This document shows, one piece after another, positions 23,529-38,306 of a DNA stretch of 64,000 nt; position 1 is the first letter of the stretch, and each line of letters starts with the position of its first letter. The notes under the pieces are model-generated. The model was not told the origin of the DNA, did no database searches, and worked only from the letters and a program-made list of their open reading frames with translations. The position numbers and the translations under genes are program-made. Location of the stretch: assembly GCF_002105155.1 (NCBI RefSeq), contig NW_019028989.1, positions 248,001 to 312,000 of the forward strand, given 5' to 3'. The DNA comes from Lobosporangium transversale (lineage: Eukaryota).

Positions 23529-26500
23529 TTAAGTGGCTTCGTTAATGATTGTAAACGCATTCTTGTAGACATCGAGCATGGCCTTGCACTTTGCACGCTC
23601 TGCACAAAGATTATCATCCTCCTGGAGAAGGTCATTAAACAGTTCTTCCTTGTAAAGTGTGGCAACCAAACGATTTTGTACAGCTTCGCGCGAGTAATTC
23701 ACCAGTAGGTGCATGACAGCCTTCGGAACTAAGTCCTGGATTGATTTGCGTGTAATGTTGAAGTATGAAACAATAAGAGAGCGAATGAGCTGCGTCTCCA
23801 TATCCTCGCGTTCACTCAGGTTTGTGAGCTCCTCAACGTCCGATGCATGATCTAACTTCTTTTCATAATCGAGAGACTCTCCATCCAAAAGAGTCTTAGG
23901 CATGATCATCTCCTTAGCGACATTATGGACGTTCCCCGACTTGTAAGGATTTTCTTGGGGACCAGGGCGATCTATACGCGGCTGTGGACCACCAAAGAAA
24001 TAATTCAAAAACGTATCCTTACTACCAGTACTTGATCCATGAGGTGATCCGTTCAAAGATGCCATTGACACATTGCCGGATACACTATGCTGGGCCGAAT
24101 GACTCAATCTTTCGCGATCACCTCTCTCTGCAGCCTGTACAGAGAGATTGTTCAAATGGGCGGTGATTGTCTTCTCACCATTCTCCTCTCTGCTGATAGG
24201 GGAATCAGTACCATTACCGCCAGCCAAGGCCATGCTAACGGTGCTCAGCCTTCTCGTCCGGTCAATCTCCTTCTTTTTCTTCTGGGATGCTCTCTCGAGA
24301 GCCGACATGGCTCCTCCACCGCCGATAAAATCGGGATGGTTGGTGTTAATATAAGATCGTTGAATACTGATCAAACTCTCGACATACTCCGATGTAGGAC
24401 CAAGACGCTCTCGCAAGAGGTCAGACACAACTTCAATCAATTTTGCGTGAAATCTAGGGAAGCGAGCAAGATCCTGGAAAAAATTTTGATACTGTAAGAA
24501 ATCTTGCGTTCAAAGACAAGCTTAAACATACTATATATATATATAAAGGAGGGGGAGAGGGAAGAAGAGAAAAAGAAGGGTTTGTTACCTTTCCACCACA
24601 GTTATGACAGATCTTGACCAATTCCTCATAAGCCAACTCAACACATCTCAAACTAGGAGGCTCGAGAAGCTTGATCTGAGGCTTGACCAAAAGATCGAAT
24701 GCAATCTCTGGCACGAAAAGTGAGGGGCGTGGTCCTTTTGAGTTGCGAATGGCCGTACGGATATCCTGGACGGTCAAATTTTCGCAAGGGTTAACTGAAT
24801 CCAATGCAGCGCCAAAAACATTGTTGAAGATGTAATAAATCCTGGCGCCACCGCACAGTTCTTTGGTTGAAATATCTGCAGAGGTACCATCAATGGCAGC
24901 AACAAAATCGGTAGCGAACTTTGTAAGCAGTTGTAAAATCAATGTACCCTAAAATAATCATATATCAGACGACATAGTCAGTCCCAATTTTTAGACAGAA
25001 CTAGTAGCGAGGGATCTACATATGTTTAGTTTTTTTTTTTTACCCTGTGAGCCTTGCCAGTGAAGGTAGGATCACCATATGATGTTAATTCCTGTTGAGT
25101 CTGTCCTATCAGAGAGTTCAGCTTGGCTTTGATATCTGGCAATTTATCACGGATGTGATTCATCAAGATCTATCCAATTTAAAAGAAGGTAAAAAAAATG
25201 TATAAGTTGTAGTTTCAGCGTATTTCGACGCATCAATGCTGATGCATATCACATTCTCTACTTACAGTATTGAGGGTTTTTGCCAAAAAGTTAGTACCAC
25301 AGCGGTGAGCAATAGCGCGATATGCTGGGTGACTCTGGAAGAATTCGGTTTCACTTTTGAGTGCTTCCGCCATGGGCTTATTATTCTGAATATCAGCCTG
25401 ACTTCTGTTCACAACTCCGATGAAGCCCAGCTTGAGGGGATAAGCTCTTCCCGCAAGAATATCTAGAGAGTTGGTTCCTGCATCCATCAAATCCAGCTTT
25501 GTCAAGACACCAATAGTACGCTTTGCTTCGGGATCAACTTGGCGAGCAAGCTTGAGACTGTCCGAATTTGCAAGATCGACATTTGCAGGAGAGACGGCGA
25601 GAATAACACTATGTATTTTAGACAAATAAAGCGTTTTTTAATAAGCATTCATACATATAAACACATTCAGCAAAACTAATTAGCTGAATATATGGGTACG
25701 GCTTAAAATGTACGTAACCACTTTGGTCCTCCACCTCATTTTATTGATTACCTGTTAGGTTTGGTAATGTAATCCAGGATCAAAGTACGAGTTTGTTTTT
25801 CAATGTCCGTGGGTTGGTCACCTAATTTGGATAATCATTTTCAAATGAAAATATTTTAACAACAGTTGTCAGACATGTGAAAAGATCTTGATCGCCTCCT
25901 TTTGACAGTACTAGATGACTCTGCTTTTTTTTTTAAAAAAAAAAATAAAATAAAAAAATAAAAATAAAAAAACTTAATACATACCAACAGGGATCTAAAT
26001 TGCCAGTGTATTGAAAGAATGAACCAAAGTGATGATTGAGGTCATTTCGCTGTTAGTCATCAATAGCAGTTACACACCGCCATTCAAACAAAAGTACTTT
26101 TAGAATCAGCAGAAAAAACGAGGATGAGTAATATTACTTTGGTTACTCCAGGCAAATCGACCAGTGTCAAGTTGAGGACGTTCTTCGAAAAGATCTTGAG
26201 GTTAATGGGTGTCCTTGAGATACCCTTGTTCTGACCAGCGACTCGGGCAGTTTCGGCCTCAATTTCTTTACGGACTTCTTCAAAGTCAAAGAATTGTCTG
26301 TTGGGTAAGTGCAAGAATTCCGCACGATCAGGAGCATCATTCAATGTAGTATCGGAAGAATTGGATGATGGAGGCATGTTTCCGATATGTGTGTTGACGA
26401 GCTGTAAGACCAAGGGACGTCGAGTGACAATTCCGTTTCCTCTAGGTAAGAAGTCCTTTTGTACAATAGTCTCCAGTACTGACGACTTTCCAGACGATTG

Positions 26501-26599
26501 AGATCCGACGACAACGATCTGAGGTAAGTCGATCTGGTCGCTTCCGATGGTATTGAACACATCCTGAAGCTTATTGACAAGGGGAATTAGGTCATTCAT
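23529..26599 (-). CDS. DNM1: Dynamin-related mitochondrial fission GTPase (Dnm1/Drp1)
   Basis: [36 protein letters not shown] insert and GED domain. Includes a 10-nt microexon at 25985-25994. Confidence 0.93.
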
Positions 26600-27279
26600 T
26601 TTGTTAAATTAGTCCGTAAGCTTAGGTTGCACAAAAAAGGATGTTAAAGAAAGCCAGATGTTCGGAGTCGACGGATTCCTTGTGCCTGTCAATTGAGAAC
26701 AATAACAATTAAAGAAAAAAGAGAAGAAAAGAGAAGTAAAAGTATGAGTAATATGTAGCAAGGTGGCGAAACGGGAGAGGGGAGATGAGATTCCGTGTAA
26801 TCGTGCAGTGGTATGACTTGTTTGAATGTCTGTGATCAAAATAAAAATAATAAAAAATATGCGCGTGGCATGGAGCGGCTATGAGCATGGGTGTTTACAG
26901 GAACACGACACAAGTGTGCTTACCAAAACAAATAGTAATAAAAAAAAAAATAAGAAAAAAAAACACGGGGTTTTTTCTTCACTTCTGCACATTAAAATGT
27001 ACACTCCTGTCTCACTCTTTTGCAAAATTTGCAAAAAAGTGGATTTTATATATGTTCTGCAACGCTCATTGGCTGGATTAACTTCAATTCAAAAATACTA
27101 TTGTAAAAAAAATCAAGCGATTCTATTGGCCTACTGTTTTTTCTCTAAAGGCAGGGAGACTTGCACTTACAGAGCCCTCATTCATGTGACCATTGATGAA
27201 GGAGCGTCTCATTTGACAAAATAATCCTGCCCTTCTTTCTCACACAACACCCTCACACAACACCCACACTCAGGAAACT

Positions 27280-28733
27280 ATGACTAATAATCTTTCAATC
27301 TTCTGCATCCTCGACGGACACACGGTTTCGTCTTCTTTTTCCGTGGAGGTTGCACTTGGTGCCACTGTCGATAAGCTTAAAGAGTCCATCAAGGCCACAA
27401 TGAGTGCCGGGCTTGAGGGTGTAGATTCGAACACTCTTACCCTTTGGAAGGTCTCCATACCCGTTACCAAAGAAGACATGAACAAGGTCATTTCTCTGGA
27501 AGAACTGACTGACAAAGAGGTTCTACTCCCAACCACTCCACTCAGAGTTGCTTTTGAAGGACTGAAGGAAGGCGAATTTATCCACATATTCGTTCAATGT
27601 CCACCGAAAGGTACAACCCTACATTTATGAATTTCACTGCTTTTTATCCACGAGCGTCATATCATATCATACACTTATTTTCTACTCTTTCTCTTATTCA
27701 ATCATAGGACCTTCTCAACTGATGCTCAAGATCTATTTTCCGGAGAAGAAACAAAAGGTTTCCTGGACCACTAATCATACTACTGTCCTCCTCGAGGAGC
27801 TGAAGACCATTGTCATTAATAACCATGACGGCATTGATATCGGAAATGTAAAAATATCAATTCAGCATCGCCGAAGACTTTGCCACGCCTCGTCATTGCC
27901 AGAAACACCCGCCACCGACAAAGACCTGCGTAACATCCTCTGCACCTATTCCGAGAGGGGACTCGGAACGCTTTCCGTCCGTGTCCCAGACCATATTCAT
28001 CGTTCAGGTTCCAGGAGGTCTGCGAGCTTTCAACCCAGAAAAAATTCCTCTTGAAGAAATTTTCCCCGAGGAAGAGTCATCAGATAGAAAATTGGAGGCT
28101 CTGGCTGGGCTTTACGAACAATTGGCTACTTATCAAGAGACAAAGCGGCCTCGAGAGTCTGAAGCAGAGGTGTCCATTTGGGTCGGAGCCTTCCTCAGCC
28201 ATGCTCTAAATGTATACAAGGGTCAATTAATTTTAAGGGTGGAGAAAACATTGGAGGGTCAACGAGGACGCGGTTCCATTGACTTCGCATTCGAATCTCC
28301 AGACGACGCATTACTTCTTGGCGTTATTGAAGTAAAGCATGATGATTGGCTACAAGGGTTAGCACAAAACTTGGTCCAGTTAGAATCGTGTGCGGTGGCG
28401 CGCTTAGCAAAATACCCCTCTTCAAGCTCGAACATGAAGCGATCAATGTGCTATGGGATCATCACGACCGGCGCCCGCTGGCATTTCGTGAAATGTTATC
28501 TCGAGCCTCCGTCTGAAGTACTCAAGTTCCGATACTCCGATGCCCTATATTTTACCCTCGAAAGCGCAGATTGGAAGGATGAAGCAAGGAATATCCTCAT
28601 GCATCTCCTCAAGATGATCGAGGAAATGCTAATCATCGACAGCGAAAACAACAGAAGAAATCTCACGCCATCCATTCGTTCCAATGATTCTCTAGTCTCA
28701 TCCATACAAGTCAAAAAAAAGAAAAATTTATAA
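27280..28733 (+). CDS. Crinkler (CRN) effector-like protein: CRN ubiquitin-like header + PB1/Ubl-like region + PD-(D/E)xK nuclease; frame break near 27990
   Basis: LSIFCILDG..SFSVEV...TVDKLKESIK, LTLWKV (LxLxLAK-like) and IHIFVQCPP (HVLVxxP-like); intron 27611-27707; GSIDFAF...VIEVK...GLAQNLVQLE...YGIITTGARWHF. Confidence 0.85.
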
Positions 28734-28887
28734 ATCGCCGCATTGGCTTCTTTAAAACCCCCAATAACTTTTTTCAGATGACAGAATGACTATAAAGGAA
28801 GGGTCGTCGTTGACAACGTCTTGCCCATTTTCGAATGGAACTAGTAACAATTTTCAAAGTAAAGTTCCATAGTACCAAATTTAATTA

Positions 28888-31584
28888 TTATTTACCCCCA
28901 ATATTATGGGGCCGAAAGATTACGCCGGGAAATCTGGCCTTAATATGCGCATCAATCCGCTCCTCCTCCTCTCTACGTTCTTGTTCACGCTTCCGAACCC
29001 CCGCAACATACTCTCGGCTGGCCTCAAAGACATCGCTGCCAAGATGGGCATCGGCTAACAACTCAAGTTTTTCTTTGATCTCCTTGTACTCTCTTCCCCG
29101 CAACACCTGAGCCGCAGCCATGAGCTTGTCGTGCGCTTCGGGCCTATCTCCCTTTCGCCCTTGGTCTCCTCAGAGTCCGAATATGAAGAAATCGTCGTAG
29201 AGCTCAGTTGAATAATGACAGAAGGTTCCTCGCCACCTTCCTCCAACTCTGTATCACTAACCGCCACATGAAGGAACCTGCCGTGTTCATCAAATACAAG
29301 ATCTTTTTCGTCGCTGGAGCCGAGGAAATCATCATCGGAATCAGTTTCAGGATACTCGTAGAGCCCCAAAGAGTAATCTCCCTGCTGCTTGAAGTGCGCC
29401 TGGAAGTACTCGTTGCTTTCTTCTTGTTCTTCAATAAACTGGCAAAGAATGGGGGCCCCGTCAAGCAAGCTATGTAATGACGCCATCTCTTCCTCGTGCA
29501 TCAACTCTACCACAGTTTGAGGCACATGCTGGATACTTATTGAGTTTGACAGGACTGAGGGTTGAGGCATGTCAGATGGCAAAGACCGAAGCTCTGCATC
29601 CATGATGTCGTTCAGCTGATAAAGTGATAGAACATCGCTTCGGAAATATTCTAGCGCCTCAGCAATATCAGAGCCATCAGTTTCACTTGCCAAGAGTAGC
29701 TCCTTTTGCTTGTCTTCGAATATCGGAACATGGTGGAAACAATGTCGGATACACTCTTGTTTGACCTCATGCCAAGCCTTCACAATATAGCACCAGCCTT
29801 GGAGATTGGTGATCTTGTAAGGGCTACCTTCAACAGGATTTAACGCCTTCCGAGCCCTCTCAATCGCTGTTTTACGGAGGACGGAGGCTCGATACTTCCG
29901 CTTGAAAACAGCAATCACACCAACGTCAAGCGGCTGCGTAACAGAGGTGGAGTTGGGTGGAAGCGCCAACAACTGAATACTCGGATACAATTGAGGATAC
30001 CTCGATGCGAGAGTATGCGCTGGGGCATTGTCCATCAGTAGCAGGATGCGACGAGAAGGATCGGCTCTCGTAATTGAATCATGAAAGCATTTGAGCCAAT
30101 AAAGGAAAAGTACCCCTGTCATGTAGTCGGCACGTTTGTGAAGATCGATTTTTCTGTATCCATCTGGAAGACCATTTAACAATTGATTAAGAACATCTCC
30201 CAAGGCTTTGGTAAGTGTCTCTGATGACAAAGGCTGGATGTCAACATCTTGCATTAAAACCTTGTTTTGTTTAAAGTCTTTCGGCAAATGCTGGGCTAAA
30301 ATACATAAATAAAAGAAAGAAAAAACGCATGATAAGCATGGCAAAGAAGCAAGAGACATCACTAAGATACACTACCTCCTTACCCATGATGAAAGGCTTG
30401 CGTTTATCAGTTCCCAGAGCATTGGAGCAGAACAATATGGACACTCTTGAGCTTGCAGGCTTTGTGCCTGCTTTCAGTTCCTCAGCCGGGTCAAAGGTCC
30501 ATTGCGTAACGGTCTGTAGAAAGAGACCTGTCTCGTCCGCATTGTAAATATCAGCTAACGAAAACTGGGAAGTAATCTTTTTGATATTTGCAATCTGAGG
30601 CGCAAGTTTGGCAAGATCGACAGAGCCTGCTTCTCCCTTCAATCAATGATATGAGAAGCCCCAAGCCTTGGTGAAAGATGAGTTTGAAAATTTTGGTCTT
30701 GGGAACTTCAATCCACCATTACGCAATGAGAGCATCGTGTAGATTTCATTTGCCATAAATCGCAACAAAGAGTAATCGACAGGTAAACGCATACGCCTCA
30801 CGGCAAGGACCAGCTCTGTTAGAACCAGCTCTACCGGATAGAATTCACGGATTGATCCTCTGACATTATACCTGGAATCCAGCAAACCTTCGGGCATTGA
30901 TTTGAGCACAGTTCTTTTAGTAAGAAGGTGCGAAATGAATCGGGAAGGCAGATTCATCTTCTTCTCGAACTGTGATGTACTGGGTTTAATCGGTACCATT
31001 GCACACTTCTCGCAGTAGTCATCATATTCCGCCAGAATTTGCAGCTGTTGCCTCAGGGTCATCCTATTGCATTTATTATTTTGTGATAATGCAGGCAGAA
31101 TAGGCCTTGGCGTTCTTAGTCCTTCCTGGATGGTACCTGCATGAGAAGTTGTGAGGAGCACATTGCTTCTACTTCTCCTTGCACGTTTAGTATCACTTCT
31201 GTTTTTGTTTCTACTCTGCCGGCTGATATTAAGACTAGCGCTGTTATCGTCACCCTTACTAGTGTTGTCATTGTAGACTTGGAGAGGTTGGATGGGTTGG
31301 AAAGGCCGAATGGCTCGGAAAGGTCTAGATACAATTGGTGGATTAGTACTAAGTGGTGAGATAGAGACGGCAGAACTGTCGTTCCCGCCTCTGCCGACGT
31401 TGGATCGGCTTTCACTATTATTGATATAGCCTGATCGTATATTTTGAGGCGTTCCAGACATAGTTAGCCCATTGGACGTGTCATAAACTGGTGTGTGCGA
31501 GATGATATTGCCTGACCTGTTGCTGGTCCTGGTACGAGCACTATTGCTGCTGCTGTTGCCGTTGATGTTGATGTTGCTGGCCAT
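28888..31584 (-). pseudogene. pogo/Tigger/CENP-B-like transposase (HTH + DDE_1, DD34D) with an in-frame stop
   Basis: YNADETGLF, LLMDNAPAH and TQPLDVGVI; intron 30296-30383; TGA at 30643-30645 within SYH*LKGEAGSVD; further frame change near 29120. Confidence 0.88.
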
Positions 31585-32168
31585 TTTAAGGACTAAATCG
31601 GATCGTAGTAAAGGTGGATAAGCATTGATTCCTCGGCTACATGGATCAGGTAGCCCTTGCAGCACTCAAAGTTTGCAAAGAAGCACATTACTAACCTGAC
31701 GTGTGTTTACGATGTCTGTAATTGAGAAAAGATATCATTACAGCCATGGATTACTTTTGTCATATATATATTTTTTTTTGCTGGATACAGGTTTGTAAGC
31801 AGGATTTTTATTCTCTGCAAGTTAATGTGGTGCTATGGTGGGGAACTTTATCAAAGGTCACATGAAATGAGTGCTCTGTAACTGCAAGTTTCCCTGCCTT
31901 TAGAGAGAAAATAGTAAGCCAATAGAATCACTTGATTTTTTTTTACAATAGTACTTTTGAATTGAAGTTAATCCAGCCAATGAGCGTTGCAGAACATATA
32001 TAAAATCCACTTTTTTGCAAATTTTGCAAAAGAGTGAGACAGGAGTGTATTGGATGATTGGATTGGCTCTTTTTGTCCATTCAAAAATGGCATATCTGAT
32101 TCCCTTTTACGTGATACAGCCGTACGTGAATGAAAAAAATTACAAAGTGTGCAAAAAATTTATTAACT

Positions 32169-34472
32169 TTAAGAAAACTTGACGCTGCGCGCAAGACCAG
32201 TCTTGATGCCAGTCTTCTCTCCTCCGTACGCACCCTCCAGTCTCGTGAAAACTCGCTTGACAGACTTGATCTTCTTCTTGGCAGTCTCGTATCTGTTCCT
32301 ATGCTTGACACGTGGGTTGCGCTGCTCCTTCTTGCGATGAGGTGTAAGACCTTTGTTCTTGAGAATCTGCCACGAGATCGAGCGCTTGTCGTTGGGATCG
32401 ATACTTGTATCCTCAAAAGAAGTGCTATTATAAAAGAGAAGAAAACAGAAAAAAATTAAAAATAATGCATTTGCTTAGTAAACTAAATCGGTATAAAGTA
32501 TTATAGCTGAATGTGAAAAAATAAATAAAAAGGCTATACCTCTTCTCCAAATTTTCATTTAAGGCTCGACGGGCAGCTTTCTTAGCCTCCTTGGCAGCAA
32601 GAACCTCTTGGTAATAATCCTCGCCCTCTGTATCTTGTTGCACACGATCATTAAGACTCGATCTCCGATCTGCGCTGAAGATATCATCTTGGTTTTCATC
32701 TATAGGACGAGCGTCTTCAATATCCTTGGCATCCCATTCAAGATCATCCAGGTCAGTGTTCTCTGGTATAGGTGCGCTCTTAACGGCCTGTCGTTTGAGT
32801 TGTTCCTGACGGTCTTTGAACTTCTCACGATAAGGAATATCTGTGTCCCCAGAACCCCGTAAAATTTTAGATCGCTTATTAGCATTTTGATCCAACTTAG
32901 CAACATAATCTCGGAGTGATCTCTTCTTCTGTGCCTTGTCCTCCATATCAACGTCTAGTAGCTCGTCCAAATCGCCATAATCGTTCTCTAGTCTACTGCG
33001 TTTCTTATCGGCTGCAGATTTCCTATTCTTCACTTTCTTATTGTGCGATACGAATTCTTCTTCAAGTTCAACATTATACTCAAACCCCTTGGGTTTTGCT
33101 TTCTCTGCTGTCTGTTTAACAGCGGTCTTCTTTTTCGTTTTCTTATTCTTTTCGAGAGGCGTTTTTGCCTTAGAGTCTTGCTTCGAGTGCTGCTTATCTT
33201 CTTCATCCTCGCTTTTGTCAGTATCTTCAGGGTCCTCACCACTCTCCAGAAGTTCCAACAGATCCTCCATACTCTCCCTGATTGTCTTCTTCTTTTCCAT
33301 TTTCTCCAACTTGATGATTGATTTTTTCAGCTCATACAGTGCATCAATAACAGGATGGTTTGTAAGATCCGTGGTTCCATTATCGGGTGATGTTTTCAGC
33401 GTGATGTAGAATGCAATATTTGTGAGGTAATTGATTAGTGTTTGGTATTTCAAGCGCAGGAACGGCATTGGAGCCTTGTCGTCCGGATAAGGTTTGCGTA
33501 GTGAGTTTGTAAGCTGGAGTAACTCTGCCATGGCATGCAACATCTCTGTTTTCTCCTTGAACTCCTCCACAAGGTCAAGCAACTCCGGGCTCTGATTCTG
33601 TAAAACCTTTAGGATCTCCTGCTTTGATAGTTTGCTAACACCAGCTTTAGCAATCTTTTCAACAACAACTCCTCCTTGTTTGGCCTTTAATAAATCAATT
33701 CCTTGAAGTTCTTTCTCAAAGCCTTCCACAAGAGCACGATCGGCATCCTTATCACCTAAGATGCCTCGCCCAGCGACAGTGCCCCAGACAGCTTCTTCCT
33801 CCCCAGGAGCAAAATCCTCTTCTGACATCTCTGCAATACGCTTTTTCTGAAGTCTTAGAGCTTCTTCTTCTTCGGCTTTGGCCGTCTCCTCGTCAGACTC
33901 AATTTCATCCGCATCATAGTAACTGCGCTTGCTTTTCCCCCATGATGTTTCTGTTTCATGTAAAAAATATTAAATTAGAATGAAGACAAATATCAACTTT
34001 GCCATTGAATCGCTATCATACTCTATTCCAAATTAACTTACTGTCGAGATCCAACTGCTCTTCATCATCTTCTCCACGTCCAAGGTCATCTTCAAGATCT
34101 TCCAAATCTTCTTCTTCGTCCTCGTCATCTTGCTCGTCTTCGCCATCATCTAAACTGAAGACTTCCTCCTCGCTTCCCTCGTACTCGTCATATTGCCGGC
34201 GCTCAAGCTCTCTCTCATGGTCCAAATCAATAGTATTCCGGCTATCATGAACTTGATTTTTTTAAGAGGATTTAATATATGTTAACAGCAAGAATGGGTC
34301 AAAAAGATCAAATAAAAAAACCCCTTGTCAACAGTTAACTAGTCAGCTTACACTCATCTTCAGAGTCGCCTTCCATTTCATCCCAAGTATTGACAGCCTT
34401 AATACGGCTTCCCCCACCGTCGAACTTCTTCTCGATAGCAGGCCGACTTCCTTTTCTCTTTGCCTTCGCCAT
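32169..34472 (-). CDS. SAS10: SSU processome protein Sas10/Utp3
   Basis: Acidic N-terminus, WGKSKRSYY, YLTNIAFY, HPVIDAL, SGDTDIPYRE; C-terminal KGLTPHRKK...GIKTGLARSVKFS. Confidence 0.92.
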
Positions 34473-34638
34473 TTTATGGAATGTGGATGAAGTATTGTGA
34501 ATGAGAAAATCGACTTCATTCCCAAGGTTTATTTCTTTTTTTTTTTTTTTTTTTTTTTTTTGAGACTGCCATTTAAAAAAGCCACAGGTGTCAACATTAA
34601 TAATTAGCTATGCTCTATCGTCTGGTCGTCTGAGCAGT

Positions 34639-35288
34639 TCACCGCAAGCTGAGACCCATAGACTCGTTCAGAGCGGATATAACTTTGTTATACTCTTTAT
34701 CAATCTCCTTCTGCGCTTGCCGCATACTTGACTTTTGCATGTGGGTCGGTCTAATATAGCAAGGAAAGATTGAATAGAATTAAATTCTTTTCAGCTTGTA
34801 AATAAAAAACGATTGTGGCTACGATAAATGGGCCCATACCCCGAACTGTTCTCTGCTGCTATTCTCGTAATGTTGCTAATCACCGAATGCTCCACCCCGA
34901 AGCGAGTGGAGGCAATCTCGAAAAAAAACCTAGTATTATAGGCTTCGAAAGTGTAATGCGCATAAGTAGTAAGCGCCAGTATTCTTGTAAAATATTGAAG
35001 AACTGAAACGCAAACAGACAACCAACCTCGCTCCCATTGCTGCCTAATATCAGCATCAATTGTCTTTGGCTTTTGCTGTGCTTCTTCAAAGGCCTCTCTT
35101 AACTTTTGCCGGATAACCTTTGTTCCAGGGTTTGTATACATAACGGACAAACTACCTGTACGCCACAGTTGACGATATAATGAACGCGCGTCTGCTTCAG
35201 TTGGCCTGAATCCTACAGGAAGCCGCTTTGGAGCAGGCCCAAGCTTACGTGGCAGCGTTGCTAAAACGTTTAGTGGTATCTTTGGCAT
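34639..35288 (-). CDS. Small mitochondrial LYR-like protein (Irc19/DUF1763-like)
   Basis: RSLYRQLWR...KLREAF motif; last exon ends LNESMGLSLR*. Confidence 0.6.
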
Positions 35289-35389
35289 AAAAGTTACCGG
35301 GACGTTTGGAAAAAGGGAGTTATTGGAGATAAAGAAAGCTGTTCATTTGAGCAGTCCCTCATAGTGTTCTTAATAAAAAAATAAAATAA

Positions 35390-37750
<2,361 letters not shown>

Positions 37751-38306
37751 ATAAATCACTAAAGTGTTAAGCGATAAAGTAGCCTGATTGATGTCATGAC
37801 AAATGTATCGGCTTTTATACCTCGTCAGAGTCAATATGTGGGGAATGTCAATTACGAGCAGTAGCTTCAGAACTAATTGATGACCGGAACCATTGTCAAC
37901 AATGAAGCTTCATTTAGTGGTTACTCAACCTGATAAAGGTCTATAAAGACGGTCATTAAAGGGTGGAGGCGGTGCGTCAGGATCAAAAGAGGTACAAGTT
38001 GCAAAAGCGTTCTCTTTAGGGACAATCGAGAGAGGTTTGCTGCGGATACAGAGAGATTGAGACAATATGGCTATTGTTTGGAAAAGATGTAGACCAAATG
38101 GCTATGGAAGCTGGTTGAGGACAAAATGATTTTATCGTGGGAAGAAAGATGCACTATTAAAAAAAAAAAAAGAAGAAAAAAAAAAAAGTGACTGCTGAAT
38201 AGCAGGTAAACAATTTTTTTTTTATTTTTCTCTTTCTAAAACCATGTCCACATTCATTCTCATTCCTTTCTTCTAGACCTGCACTCTGTCATTCCCTTAT
38301 AATAAC

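Larger units (their letters stand above)
27002..32047. mobile_element. pogo/Tigger-type DNA transposon of 5046 bp carrying a CRN cargo gene
   Basis: TIRs 27002-27201 and ~31846-32047, first 93 bp identical (CACTCCTGTCTCACTC...). TA at 27000-27001 and 32048-32049. Confidence 0.93.

Noticed and set aside
37800..38150. Intergenic stretch with coding-like composition
   Set aside because: No ORF, motif or repeat boundaries that I could support.
38188..38194. GTGACTG/CAGTCAC (Homol-D-like) motif upstream of YTM1 and at ~59763
   Set aside because: A 7-mer with few occurrences; cannot be distinguished from chance.
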